Shown piece after piece: positions 17,676 to 27,256 of a stretch of DNA of 28,280 bases. This stretch comes from a virus (taxonomy: Duplodnaviria > Caudoviricetes). Numbering within the stretch: the stretch's first letter is position 1; each line of letters begins with the position of its first letter. The notes beneath the pieces were generated by a model. It worked only from the letters and a program-made list of their open reading frames with translations. It did not search any database and was not told the DNA's origin. The stretch covers positions 1 through 28,280 of the IMG/VR virus record IMGVR_UViG_3300020045_003515; one strand, written 5' to 3'. The translations under genes were made by a program, and so were the position numbers.

Positions 17676-17828
17676 ATGGCTATTACCGTAAGACTTCCAA
17701 AACAAAAGGAAGAAACTTTAGTTCCTAGAGAACTTAAACTAGATGAGAAGTTAAAAAGTGGTAAAGCACCTTTAGCTTCTTCTGAGAAAGAAATTAAACC
17801 AGAAGACCTTATTAAGGAGTCTAACTAA
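17676..17828 (+). CDS. Small charged hypothetical protein (50 aa)
   Basis: AAGGAG RBS, ATG 17676, and TAA overlapping the tail tube ATG (TAATG). Reads MAITVRLPKQKEE...IKESN. Confidence 0.65.
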   Translation: MAITVRLPKQKEETLVPRELKLDEKLKSGKAPLASSEKEIKPEDLIKESN

Positions 17829-19783
17829 TGGCTAGTACAGTAAGTTTTACCGAAAAAGCAGTAGCCTTATATGGGGCTAAACAAACAGGTGGTTCTGGTA
17901 TTCCAGAATCTATTTCATCTAGCCAAGCCTTGGCTGCCCTTACATTATCGTTTGATGATAATATATCCTCTCAAGAAGACCAGTATCTTGGTAATGTTAT
18001 GCAGAGAGAAACTTCTCTATCCATAACAGACCGTTTTGCAGATGTTAAAGTAGAAACCATCTTACCAAGATTAGGTAGCTTATTTGGAAGACCTATCTAT
18101 GGGTATGAGACAGCTTGGTTACAGGTATTGGATAGTATCTCTAGTGGTACACTTATCTTTGCAGGTGTAACCCAAACTATTACAAGTTTAGCAACACCAA
18201 ATCAAGTTATTGAAGAACTCTTAGCCTACTTATATGGTGGTAGTGCAACTCAAGGTCATTCAACCTTTACAGGCACACCTAATGCTGGCTTTAGTTATAC
18301 TATAAGCACAGAAGATGGTTCTATTATGTTAGCAACTGCGTTAACTGCTAACACCAATGTAACTAGCTTAACTTTAGGTGGTACACAAGCTGCTAAGGCT
18401 TCTTTGGATGTTAATGACCAAACAACTGGTGCTTTAGCTACTATTCCATTTATCCCTTTTATGGAAGCTGGAAAGTTTCATGTAATTGCAGATGCAGGAT
18501 TATCAATCACAGATGCTTTATATGATTTATATGTAAGAACCGAAGCAAAGCTACAAGAGACTTACACTGAAACAAACTGGGCAGAAAATAACCTACTAAA
18601 TGCACAAAGAATAGCCTTAAAGTTAGACTTACTTGATTTAGGTGCTACTGGTAATGCAGCTACTACTGCTTTGTTGGCTAACCTAGTTACTGCAAGAGCT
18701 GAAACTGCTGATATTATTGCTAAAACAACAGCAACTTTAGAAGCTATTAAGATTCTATGGCATAACTTGTTGATTAACCTAATAGGAGACCCAACTGGTG
18801 CTGCGTTAGTCGTAGACTTAATAGCTGATGATGGTACTGTTAAAACAAATGTTGATTTAATAGATGTAGCTACGCTAGGTACAACACTTGATATAGCTTT
18901 GGTAGAGGCTATTACCAATACGAACGTGTCTGTACAGCAAGAATATCAAACAATGTTTGATAAAATAAGAGATTTCTACTTACAAGCAGAAGCTAAACAG
19001 TTATTGTTACCAGCTTTAGCTACTACAGGTACTACTGCGGCTAAAACGTATGCGACTTCGGCTAATACAGTTGTGCAAACTCCTATCACAACGGCTGACC
19101 TTATCCCTGTAGTTTCACAACTATTATTTACTAATGAGTTTGCTAGTTCAGAAACTATGACACTTCATGTAAGAAAGTCTTCTGATAAGTTAGTTGGTTT
19201 GCAGAAGGCTATTATCATTACTGATGCTGTTGCTACAGTAGACTTAACTATTGAAATTGGTCAACGTCCTAAAGTTGCCTTTAATTATCATGGTAATATC
19301 TATGATACGGTCAATATTGCAGAACTTAGCTATCCTATTACAAGACAGAAAGCTGATGCAATGTTTGTAACTAAGGCAGAGAATGTAAGAAATGCCTCGT
19401 TACAAGCTACAGGTTCAGGACTTATCCTTAATAACATTTGTTTTAGTAAACTTACAGCTACTAACATTGACGGTTTTGAACATCAACGTGTTATGACAGG
19501 CTGTGAAGATACTTGGGATATTGCCGCTAAAGCTGGTAGTGTTACTATTACTATCTTAGAACCCGAAGCGAATACTAATATCGTTACTCAGTTTAATACT
19601 GAGGATAGTCTTGGGCAGGAATTTTGGTTTAGTTTTAAGCAAGACGGAACAAGCGGTAACACTATTGAGATTGAACTTACTAAGTTAATTCTTAAAGGTT
19701 ATAAGCAAACTACTGTTAATAACAGAGCCGCTTTCGACTTAGACTTTGTTTATAGTGGTTTCGCAAAGATTCTCTTGAAGTAA
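17828..19783 (+). CDS. Major tail (tube) protein with two large insertions, 651 aa
   Basis: Tube-type N-terminus (KAVALYGAKQ...YLG...VKVETIL), P.IPFMEAG, and C-terminal ETMTLH...V.LTIEIGQRPKVAFNYHG...GNTIEIEL. Lies before the chaperones and tape measure. AAGGAG RBS. Confidence 0.8.
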   Translation: MASTVSFTEKAVALYGAKQTGGSGIPESISSSQALAALTLSFDDNISSQEDQYLGNVMQRETSLSITDRFADVKVETILPRLGSLFGRPIYGYETAWLQVLDSISSGTLIFAGVTQTITSLATPNQVIEELLAYLYGGSATQGHSTFTGTPNAGFSYTISTEDGSIMLATALTANTNVTSLTLGGTQAAKASLDVNDQTTGALATIPFIPFMEAGKFHVIADAGLSITDALYDLYVRTEAKLQETYTETNWAENNLLNAQRIALKLDLLDLGATGNAATTALLANLVTARAETADIIAKTTATLEAIKILWHNLLINLIGDPTGAALVVDLIADDGTVKTNVDLIDVATLGTTLDIALVEAITNTNVSVQQEYQTMFDKIRDFYLQAEAKQLLLPALATTGTTAAKTYATSANTVVQTPITTADLIPVVSQLLFTNEFASSETMTLHVRKSSDKLVGLQKAIIITDAVATVDLTIEIGQRPKVAFNYHGNIYDTVNIAELSYPITRQKADAMFVTKAENVRNASLQATGSGLILNNICFSKLTATNIDGFEHQRVMTGCEDTWDIAAKAGSVTITILEPEANTNIVTQFNTEDSLGQEFWFSFKQDGTSGNTIEIELTKLILKGYKQTTVNNRAAFDLDFVYSGFAKILLK

Positions 19784-19803
19784 GATACTCTGGGTAGTAT
19801 AAT
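19775..19803 (+). promoter_or_regulatory. sigma70-like promoter
   Basis: TTGAAG (19775-19780), 17 bp, TATAAT (19798-19803). Confidence 0.55.
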
Positions 19804-19805
19804 TG

Positions 19806-19837
19806 GCAGGGTAGGAGAAATCTTATCCTGCTTTTTT
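19806..19837 (+). terminator. Rho-independent terminator after tail tube gene
   Basis: Stem GCAGGGTAGGA / TCTTATCCTGC (with G-U pairs), GAAA loop, followed by TTTTTT. Confidence 0.85.
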
Positions 19838-19850
19838 ATGTGGAGATAGA

Positions 19851-20576
19851 ATGAAAATTGTACCAGACTTTATTGAAGTTCCGCTTACAGCGCAAGATGC
19901 TAATTGTAAGGTTGACTTTGTAGTAGCTTTTAAATTAATAAATCCAAAGCAAGCTAGATACCTAAGAAATAAAACACTTAAAGCCGAATACGAATTACAA
20001 GTAGCCTTACTACTAAGCAATATAGTTTACATACATAAACTTGCAGATTCGTCTGGTAATTTAGTAAACTCTTTTGAACAGGATATTACAAAAACAATCC
20101 TTAGTAGTCTCCCCTATTTCAAAACTATCTTGGTTAATTGGCTATCTATTTTATACAGCATGGGTCAAGTAAACCTAAAGTCATTGCAAGAAGCTAACTT
20201 ATTTGAGTGTGGCAAGTTTCAATATGAAGCAGACTATGGTATAATGGATTTAGAAACACAAATAAAAGAAGACACTAAAAAGTTACAAGATAGTATGGGC
20301 GCGTTTATGTCATTTACTGATGAGGAAATTGTAGTCTCTACTACGGTAACTAAGGAAAAACTTACAATAAGTTCTTTACCTAAATTAGTTTGGAAGTCGA
20401 ATGTTATCTATCTTGAACTGTTTAATCTTGCTAAGTTTTACCAAAATGAATGGGCGATACTTAACCCAATTGTATTGATTGAACTAGCTAAAGAATTTAA
20501 ATTAACATTGAAAGATACATTAGGTTTTATACCTATAATACAAGCAGGGTATAATTCCTTAAAACCTGAAAAATAA
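19851..20576 (+). CDS. Tail assembly chaperone, G-T-like in-frame fusion
   Basis: N-half resembles the 147-aa chaperone (F.V.FK, NIV..., DSSG, LPY). C-terminal VWKSN...LF...L...L..I resembles gpT/DUF1799-type domains. Confidence 0.6.
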   Translation: MKIVPDFIEVPLTAQDANCKVDFVVAFKLINPKQARYLRNKTLKAEYELQVALLLSNIVYIHKLADSSGNLVNSFEQDITKTILSSLPYFKTILVNWLSILYSMGQVNLKSLQEANLFECGKFQYEADYGIMDLETQIKEDTKKLQDSMGAFMSFTDEEIVVSTTVTKEKLTISSLPKLVWKSNVIYLELFNLAKFYQNEWAILNPIVLIELAKEFKLTLKDTLGFIPIIQAGYNSLKPEK

Positions 20577-20598
20577 TTAACAATCTTGGAGATAAGAT

Positions 20599-21222
20599 AT
20601 GAGTGATTTTGTGGAAGTACCAAGAATCAGAACTAAGTTTGGTAAGGATAGTTTTATCTTTGGTGTTGGTATTAACGATGCTGCTTACAAAGTAACCTTA
20701 AAAGTAGGAGGTAAACTTTCAACCTGCCCTTATTATAGAACTTGGAAGAATCTACTTGCTAGATTATACTGCCCTGCCTTCCTAATAAGTAATCCTACTT
20801 ATATTAATTGTACGATAACACCTGCTTGGTTAAGTTTCACTAACTTTAAGGCTTGGATGGAACAACAGGATTGGAAGGGAAAGCAACTAGATAAGGATAT
20901 ATTAGTTAAAAACAATAAACACTACAGTCCTGAAACCTGTATGTTTATACCTCCTAGAGTAAATAAACTATTAAATAATCAAGATGCTGGTAGAGGTACT
21001 TGCAAATTAGGTGTTAGCTATAGAACAGATTCTAAAAACTTTAAAGCTTCATGCAATGATGGTTTTAAAGTAGTCTCTCTAGGTAGCTTTGCTACCGAAG
21101 ATGAAGCACATCTAACATATCTTAAATTCAAGAAAACAGTTATAATAAACTGTGCAAACGAACAAACTGATTTACGCCTTAAACAAGCTTTACTAACTAT
21201 AGCTGATAGCTATATAATTTAA
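20599..21222 (+). CDS. Free-standing HNH-type homing endonuclease with AP2-like C-terminus
   Basis: YRTW..LL.R, W..F.NFK.W, LDKDIL...N..YSPETC.FIP..VN, GVS and LGSFATEDEAH motifs of phage HNH/AP2 endonucleases. Confidence 0.88.
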   Translation: MSDFVEVPRIRTKFGKDSFIFGVGINDAAYKVTLKVGGKLSTCPYYRTWKNLLARLYCPAFLISNPTYINCTITPAWLSFTNFKAWMEQQDWKGKQLDKDILVKNNKHYSPETCMFIPPRVNKLLNNQDAGRGTCKLGVSYRTDSKNFKASCNDGFKVVSLGSFATEDEAHLTYLKFKKTVIINCANEQTDLRLKQALLTIADSYII

Positions 21223-21238
21223 CCTTTGGAGATAACCC

Positions 21239-21682
21239 ATGCAATACTTATTACCCTTACAAACACCTACTGTAATCATTGATGTTAAAGTCAAAGATAG
21301 TTCTGGCAAAGGTGATAACCTACAAGTTGAGTTCAGACGCTACCCTATCCTAGAAGCTAACAAAATCTTAGCTGAGTTCGATAAAATCGCAGAAAGCAAC
21401 CAAAAGACTTTGGAAGATATGAAAGATACTAACCAAAGTATCTGGGAAAGTTCTGTAGTCAATGAAGCTGCCGATGTTAAAGAGTTTGTCCGTAAACATA
21501 TTGTTGACTTTAAGAATGTCCGTGGCACAGATGATTCTGGCAAGACTATTAAAGTTACTTCTGTACAAGCGCAAGGTGATTTAGATAAATACTTTGATTT
21601 GCTCTGGGCTAGTTTCCCGTACAGGGATGCTTTGCGTACTTCTTGCTTACATGCTATTCAGAATACTGCTAGTAATTCCTAG
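21239..21682 (+). CDS. Tail assembly chaperone, gpG-like
   Basis: PT..IDV, VEFRR, IVDFKNV..DDSG and LL.ASFPY pattern. Directly upstream of the tape measure. GGAGA RBS. Confidence 0.72.
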   Translation: MQYLLPLQTPTVIIDVKVKDSSGKGDNLQVEFRRYPILEANKILAEFDKIAESNQKTLEDMKDTNQSIWESSVVNEAADVKEFVRKHIVDFKNVRGTDDSGKTIKVTSVQAQGDLDKYFDLLWASFPYRDALRTSCLHAIQNTASNS

Positions 21683-21702
21683 CTTCCTCGCGTGATGCTT
21701 TA

Positions 21703-21728
21703 AGGGGTAGTTTTCTACCCCTCTTTTT
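21703..21728 (+). terminator. Rho-independent terminator/attenuator before tape measure
   Basis: AGGGGTAG-TTTT-CTACCCCT followed by CTTTTT. Confidence 0.8.
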
Positions 21729-21751
21729 AAAACCTTTTGGAGTTCTTTATT

Positions 21752-24700
21752 ATGGCTGAGTCTAAAATAACCTATGTACTAGCTTTGGATACATCTAATG
21801 TTAATTCACAAATTAGTAAAGTAGCCTCAAGCTTAGATAAACTGGGAGCTAAAAAAGGTCAGAAGGTTATTGACTTTGATAAGGCTAGTATTAAACAAAT
21901 AGAAGACCATCTTACTAAACTTCTAAAGTTACAAGAAGATATTAAAAGAGGGGCTAGAGACTCCATCAAACAATCCCCATATTCAGTACTAAATAAAGCA
22001 GGTACTTTAAATACTGGTGCAACTACTACGGCTGTTAGAAGTGCTATTGGGAAAGTTGGTGATGCCTATATACAAAAGATATTACTAGAAGTTGATAAAG
22101 CTAAACTAGCTGAAAGTAAAGCTACCATAGCTAAGTTCTTTGCAGAAAAGAAAGCTTTTGAAGACCAAGCCTATAAAGAATTTGCGGCTCAAGCTACTAA
22201 AGAACTTAAACTAAAAGAACAAATGGCTAAAGTTGAAGCCGAGAAAGCTTCTATCTACGCTAAACAAACTACACAAATACAAACCCTTGTAAAGCAACAA
22301 GTGGATTATCTAGCTAAGATTGAAGCCACTAAAAAAGCTCAGGATGCTATTACACAGAGTTTGTTGACTAGACTGAATGCTGCTAAATTAGATACTATTA
22401 CACAAGCCTCTAATGCTTCTGCTAAAGCTTCTATTGGCTATAGACAAAAGATAGAAGAAGAAGCCCTTAACAGAAGACAACAACTAGAGCAACAAAAACT
22501 TAGTTGGCTAGAACAAGCTAGAATTAATATAGAAAATAAAATAGAAACTGCAAGTCTAGCATCTATTGCTAGAGTAAAAGCCGTTGACTTAGCTAGAATA
22601 GCCGCAATACAAGCTAGAGAAGATGCTCTGCAAGTTCATAGAACCTCTATGTTGCAGACTGCTCAAGGTGGTATTTATAATGGAGCTATGCTAGGAAGCG
22701 GTGCTGCTTCTTCAAAACAAACCAGCTACACACCAGACTTAAGAGCTTCTGCTGATAAACAAACTGGACTTATAAAAGGAATGTATGAAACACAGACTGC
22801 TTATAATGAACGAATTAAAGAAGCTATAAAACTTCTTGACCAAGCTAAGACTGGTGTTATGAATCTTGATAAAGCTCATAAACCTTTCCTAGAACGTATA
22901 TTTGACCTAGTTGTTGGTTATAAACTTATTAATGCTGCTGTTAATACCTTTACAAATGCAATGCGTAGTGTTCCAGAAGCAGGGTTGCAGTTTGAAACTA
23001 CCTATGCAACATTGAAAGCTGTATTCAGTGTAACTACAAAGGTTAATCAAGAACTTAAGTTCCTAGATGACCTCGCACAATCTGCTGGTATTAGCGTGTC
23101 CACCTTACGTTCTAGTTTCGTAGACTTTGCGGCTAGTGCTAAATTCTCAGGCGAAAAAGTAGAGAATATTCAAGAAATCTTTGCTAACATTTCAAAAGCT
23201 GGTATGGTCTTGCATCTTCCAGCTGATAAGATGAAAAGTGCCTTTACTGCACTTAACCAAATGTATGCAAAGAATCAAGTTATGATGGAAGAGTTAAAAC
23301 GTCAGTTAGGTAATCAGTTACCTGCTGCTGTTAATATCTTTGCATTAAGTATGGGTAAGACTACTAGGCAGTTAATGGATGATATGAAGAAAGGGTTAGT
23401 AGTTCCCAAGGAGACTCTACTTAACTTCTCAAGAACTTATGCGGCTATGTTTGCTGACCCAGCTAGTTTGGAATATGCAAGCCAAGGTGTTAATGCCCAT
23501 ATTCAAAGATTATCAACTGCTTGGACTAACTTTGCAACTACTGTTTACGAACAAAGTAAAGGAGCTATTAAAGGTGGCTTAAGTATAGCTACAAGTGCTA
23601 TAGATTTTCTTACTAAACACATGACAGGTTTAGCAAACATTGCTGTAGTTACTGGAACTGTTTTAGGTGGTGCTTTGGTTATGCACTTAGGTAAAGCAAC
23701 CCTTGCCTATCTGCAAGCTAGTAAAGCTGTTATTGCTTTTGCGGCTGCACAAACTACTATGCTTGGAACAAGTGTTGCTGTTGGTGAACTTGGACTACTT
23801 CAAACTATTAAGGCATTTACTGTTGGTACTTTAGCGGCTATCCCACCTTGGGTTAAGTTAGTTGCTATAGTTGGAACTATGGTTATGGTTCTGAAAGATT
23901 TGGAGGTTGGAACTGTTAAAGTTATGTCTTCTTTAGACCAAATGGATGGAAAAGCTATTGAAGTTCAAAAAAGTATTACAGTAAGTGACGTTGCTATCGC
24001 TAGTTGGGATATTTTAATAAGTAAAATATCAACTGCGACTACCTCATTTGCAGATTGGTATGCTAAAAACTCGCAAACTACAGAACTTCCTAATTTTATG
24101 AAGCCATCTGGAACTTCTATAGCGGATACGATAGGATATAGTATTCCAAGTATAGCCCCTTTATATCATACAGCTAAACAATATGCTAAGGCTGGTAGTA
24201 TTAAAGCGGAACAAGATGCAATAGCTAAAGCTAATGCAGAAGAAGCAGCAAGGCAAACAGAATATGTCAATGAGAAAGTTAAAGAAGCGTTACTAGCTGG
24301 GACTACAAATACAGTCGATGAAACTATGGCTGGTATGACTAAAGGGGTAACTATGGCTTTACAGGTTATCACTACCCAATTTGATATTGCTATGCAAAGA
24401 ATACAAGGGGTAACAAGTCTTAGAGTAAAAGACCTTCAATTTGAACTAACTAAAGTAAAAGCACAAGAAGCCAGAGGTGAACTTACAAAACTAGATGCGT
24501 TGAAACAAACACAGTCTATTCAAGCAAAGATACGAAAAGAAGCTAGAGATGCTTTAGAAGATGAAATTAGTTTACTTAAAGAACAGCAAAAACGGATTCA
24601 GATAGTTGGAGATACTCAACTAGAAAACTCCAAAGAAGCTAAACGTGCGGCTACACAGGAAGATAAACTAGCTAAACTTAGAGCTGATAGGGCTAATATC

Positions 24701-27253
24701 GTTGGAATCTTACCAACATTGAAAGATAGTCCTTATATAGATAGAAAAGCGGCAGAAGAAGCTTTAGGTTCTGGAACTTTGCCACAAGCTTTAAAAACAC
24801 AAGCAGTAGAAGAATGGAATAAGAATAACCCAACTAAACCTTTATTTGATAAGATTGATGTTACTAATAAAGCTCTTATGGCACAGAAGGAATCCTTAGA
24901 TAAAGCTAGGGACGAATATGCTAAGATAACTACAGAACATAGTGCGCTACAGTTAAGAGTTGTGGAAGGTACTTCTACTTCTAATGACTTCTTAGAAAAA
25001 ATTGCCATTAACACCGACCCAGCTACTGTTACAGCCGTAGAGTTTGATGGCGTTGCTAGTGCTGGAGCATCTGCTACTATTGCCACGGACTCTGCTAAGA
25101 AAGCTATTGAGTTTTTTATCGCTAAGGGATGGAAACCTGAGCAAGCTATGGGTATAACAGCTAACCTTCAAGGTGAAAGCAGTTTTAATACAGGTAATGT
25201 TGGTGACGGTGGTGTCGCCTATGGATTAGGTCAATGGCATCCAGACAGACAAGCTAACTTTGCAAAGGCTTTTGGTAAGTCTATTAAAGGTTCTTCATTT
25301 GAAGACCAGTTAGCTTTTGTAGACTGGGAACTTAAAAATACGGAAGCTAGGGCGGGTAGTTTACTAAAAGCAACTAGGACAGTTGCAGAAGCTACTAACT
25401 CTGTTACAGCTAACTATGAAAGACCTAAGTATACATCCAAAGACCAAGCAATTAGACGAGAAATAGCTAAGTCTTATTTACCTTCTGCTGGTTACGTTAA
25501 ATCTGGTGCAGAACCAACAGCACAATCTAGCATGGATGTAGATAAAAAGTTAGAAAGTGCCTATCTGAAACAACAAGAATTGGTCAAAGAGGAACGACAA
25601 GCTAAGTTTGAAGATGAACAAGCTAAGCTATTAGAACAACTACAGCAAACTAAAACAAACTTAGTAGCAAACTTACAACTTTCTAAGACTACTAAAGAAA
25701 CTGAACTCGCTAAACTAGACAACCTTGCTTTCCCACTTTCAGATAAACAACGCCTAGCCAAGACTGCTGAAATTAATACTAAAGCTAATCCTGAACTTGT
25801 TTCACAGATTGATAAACTTGTTGCTAATGCTAAAGAAACTATACTTAGAACAGCAGACCAAGCTACTAAGTCTGGCTTGCAAGCAGAGATTCTCAACTTA
25901 GAAAAAGAACGTGCAAGTATAAGTGCTGAAACTCTTAAAGATAAAACAGCAATAGAACTTAATAAGATTATTCCCTTACAAGATGCCTTAGAACGTAAAC
26001 AATTTGAGATACAAAAGTCCTTAGAGGAAAGTTTAGGTATTTTTAACGAAGAAACTATTGTAATGAGTAAAAGACTTTCACAAGAAGATACTTTAAAACT
26101 TCTTGCAACTGAGAAACTACGTCTTGCAGAAGCAAATAATGGTCTTTCTAAACAGGAAATAGCTGATAAGGAACTTCTTATATCTAAAACAGAGAAGCAA
26201 CTTACTCAACTTAACCAGATTGAGTTAATTAAAGCTAAGATTGCACATAAAGAAACTATTAATAATGCCCAAGCAGCTTACGAAGATGCGGCTGCCCAGA
26301 ACTTACCAATGGCACAAGCTGCAAAGATGGGTGCTAGTGGTAACTTTATAGGGGCTTTTGTTACAGAAGAAGCTGCAAGGTCTAAGTCCGACACTCTTGG
26401 AACGAGCCTATCACTTTCTAAACAAAAGTTAGCTCTCTCGGAGACTCAAGGTGGTAAAGGTTCTGAGGAATGGCTGAAACTTCGTACAGAGATTGCACAA
26501 ACCACAACGGCAATGAATGACCTTGCCTTTGCTAAAGATGCAGTCATAAACCAAGCTACAGCAGACACTATGAACTCTATAAGTGACCACTTTATAGCTT
26601 GGGCTAATGGGGCAGAGACTGTTAAAGATGCTTTCCGAGGAATAGCTATTGACTTTGCTAAGATGATTCAAGAAATGATTATGAATGAACTTAAGCTACA
26701 AGCTATTAAAGGTATTACTAGCCTAATATCTAGTGGCTTTGGATTTGCTTCTGGCGGTAGTGTAGGTGCTGGTATGCTAAGTTCGGGAGTATCTTCCTTT
26801 AAGTCTGGGGCTGGTTTTGCAACTGGTGGAGATATTAGAGGAACTGGTACTGGAACTTCTGATAGCATCCCCGCAATTGTACCTATTGGAAGTTATGTTC
26901 TTAATGCGAAAGCCTCTGCTAAAGCTAAGAAGAATCGATTAATCAATATAAGCCACGGTGAAGTTGTGATAAGTCCTGAACAAGTAGCAAGTCTTGGTCT
27001 TGATAATCTTAATACTATGAATAAACAGAACTATGCAACTGGTGGTTTAGTCGGTGGAAGTTCCTCTACTTCTTCAAATTCCAAAGGTTCAAAAGTTTCT
27101 AATGTAACTAATATAAATGTCACAGTACCAGAAGGAACTTCTAATCCTAAACAATTTGGGCAGGATGTTAGCGTTGAGATTATGAAAGCGGTTGCTAGAG
27201 AAGAAGCAAAAAAACAAGTTAATATGTATGACAAACAAAAGAATAGGGGATAA
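21752..27253 (+). CDS. Tape measure protein with phage tail lysozyme domain
   Basis: About 1833 aa, helical, A/K/E-rich. Tape-measure motif ALNQMYAKNQVMMEELKRQLG. Lysozyme motif GITANLQGES...YGLGQW...YERP (~25094-25475). C-terminal FATGG..GTGTSDSIPA. Start moved to ATG 21752 (GGAG at 21739-21742). Confidence 0.95.
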   Translation: MAESKITYVLALDTSNVNSQISKVASSLDKLGAKKGQKVIDFDKASIKQIEDHLTKLLKLQEDIKRGARDSIKQSPYSVLNKAGTLNTGATTTAVRSAIGKVGDAYIQKILLEVDKAKLAESKATIAKFFAEKKAFEDQAYKEFAAQATKELKLKEQMAKVEAEKASIYAKQTTQIQTLVKQQVDYLAKIEATKKAQDAITQSLLTRLNAAKLDTITQASNASAKASIGYRQKIEEEALNRRQQLEQQKLSWLEQARINIENKIETASLASIARVKAVDLARIAAIQAREDALQVHRTSMLQTAQGGIYNGAMLGSGAASSKQTSYTPDLRASADKQTGLIKGMYETQTAYNERIKEAIKLLDQAKTGVMNLDKAHKPFLERIFDLVVGYKLINAAVNTFTNAMRSVPEAGLQFETTYATLKAVFSVTTKVNQELKFLDDLAQSAGISVSTLRSSFVDFAASAKFSGEKVENIQEIFANISKAGMVLHLPADKMKSAFTALNQMYAKNQVMMEELKRQLGNQLPAAVNIFALSMGKTTRQLMDDMKKGLVVPKETLLNFSRTYAAMFADPASLEYASQGVNAHIQRLSTAWTNFATTVYEQSKGAIKGGLSIATSAIDFLTKHMTGLANIAVVTGTVLGGALVMHLGKATLAYLQASKAVIAFAAAQTTMLGTSVAVGELGLLQTIKAFTVGTLAAIPPWVKLVAIVGTMVMVLKDLEVGTVKVMSSLDQMDGKAIEVQKSITVSDVAIASWDILISKISTATTSFADWYAKNSQTTELPNFMKPSGTSIADTIGYSIPSIAPLYHTAKQYAKAGSIKAEQDAIAKANAEEAARQTEYVNEKVKEALLAGTTNTVDETMAGMTKGVTMALQVITTQFDIAMQRIQGVTSLRVKDLQFELTKVKAQEARGELTKLDALKQTQSIQAKIRKEARDALEDEISLLKEQQKRIQIVGDTQLENSKEAKRAATQEDKLAKLRADRANIVGILPTLKDSPYIDRKAAEEALGSGTLPQALKTQAVEEWNKNNPTKPLFDKIDVTNKALMAQKESLDKARDEYAKITTEHSALQLRVVEGTSTSNDFLEKIAINTDPATVTAVEFDGVASAGASATIATDSAKKAIEFFIAKGWKPEQAMGITANLQGESSFNTGNVGDGGVAYGLGQWHPDRQANFAKAFGKSIKGSSFEDQLAFVDWELKNTEARAGSLLKATRTVAEATNSVTANYERPKYTSKDQAIRREIAKSYLPSAGYVKSGAEPTAQSSMDVDKKLESAYLKQQELVKEERQAKFEDEQAKLLEQLQQTKTNLVANLQLSKTTKETELAKLDNLAFPLSDKQRLAKTAEINTKANPELVSQIDKLVANAKETILRTADQATKSGLQAEILNLEKERASISAETLKDKTAIELNKIIPLQDALERKQFEIQKSLEESLGIFNEETIVMSKRLSQEDTLKLLATEKLRLAEANNGLSKQEIADKELLISKTEKQLTQLNQIELIKAKIAHKETINNAQAAYEDAAAQNLPMAQAAKMGASGNFIGAFVTEEAARSKSDTLGTSLSLSKQKLALSETQGGKGSEEWLKLRTEIAQTTTAMNDLAFAKDAVINQATADTMNSISDHFIAWANGAETVKDAFRGIAIDFAKMIQEMIMNELKLQAIKGITSLISSGFGFASGGSVGAGMLSSGVSSFKSGAGFATGGDIRGTGTGTSDSIPAIVPIGSYVLNAKASAKAKKNRLINISHGEVVISPEQVASLGLDNLNTMNKQNYATGGLVGGSSSTSSNSKGSKVSNVTNINVTVPEGTSNPKQFGQDVSVEIMKAVAREEAKKQVNMYDKQKNRG

Positions 27254-27256
27254 TCC

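Noticed and set aside
21737-21751. TTG start for the tape measure
   Set aside because: The TTG overlaps the GGAG RBS that serves ATG 21752.
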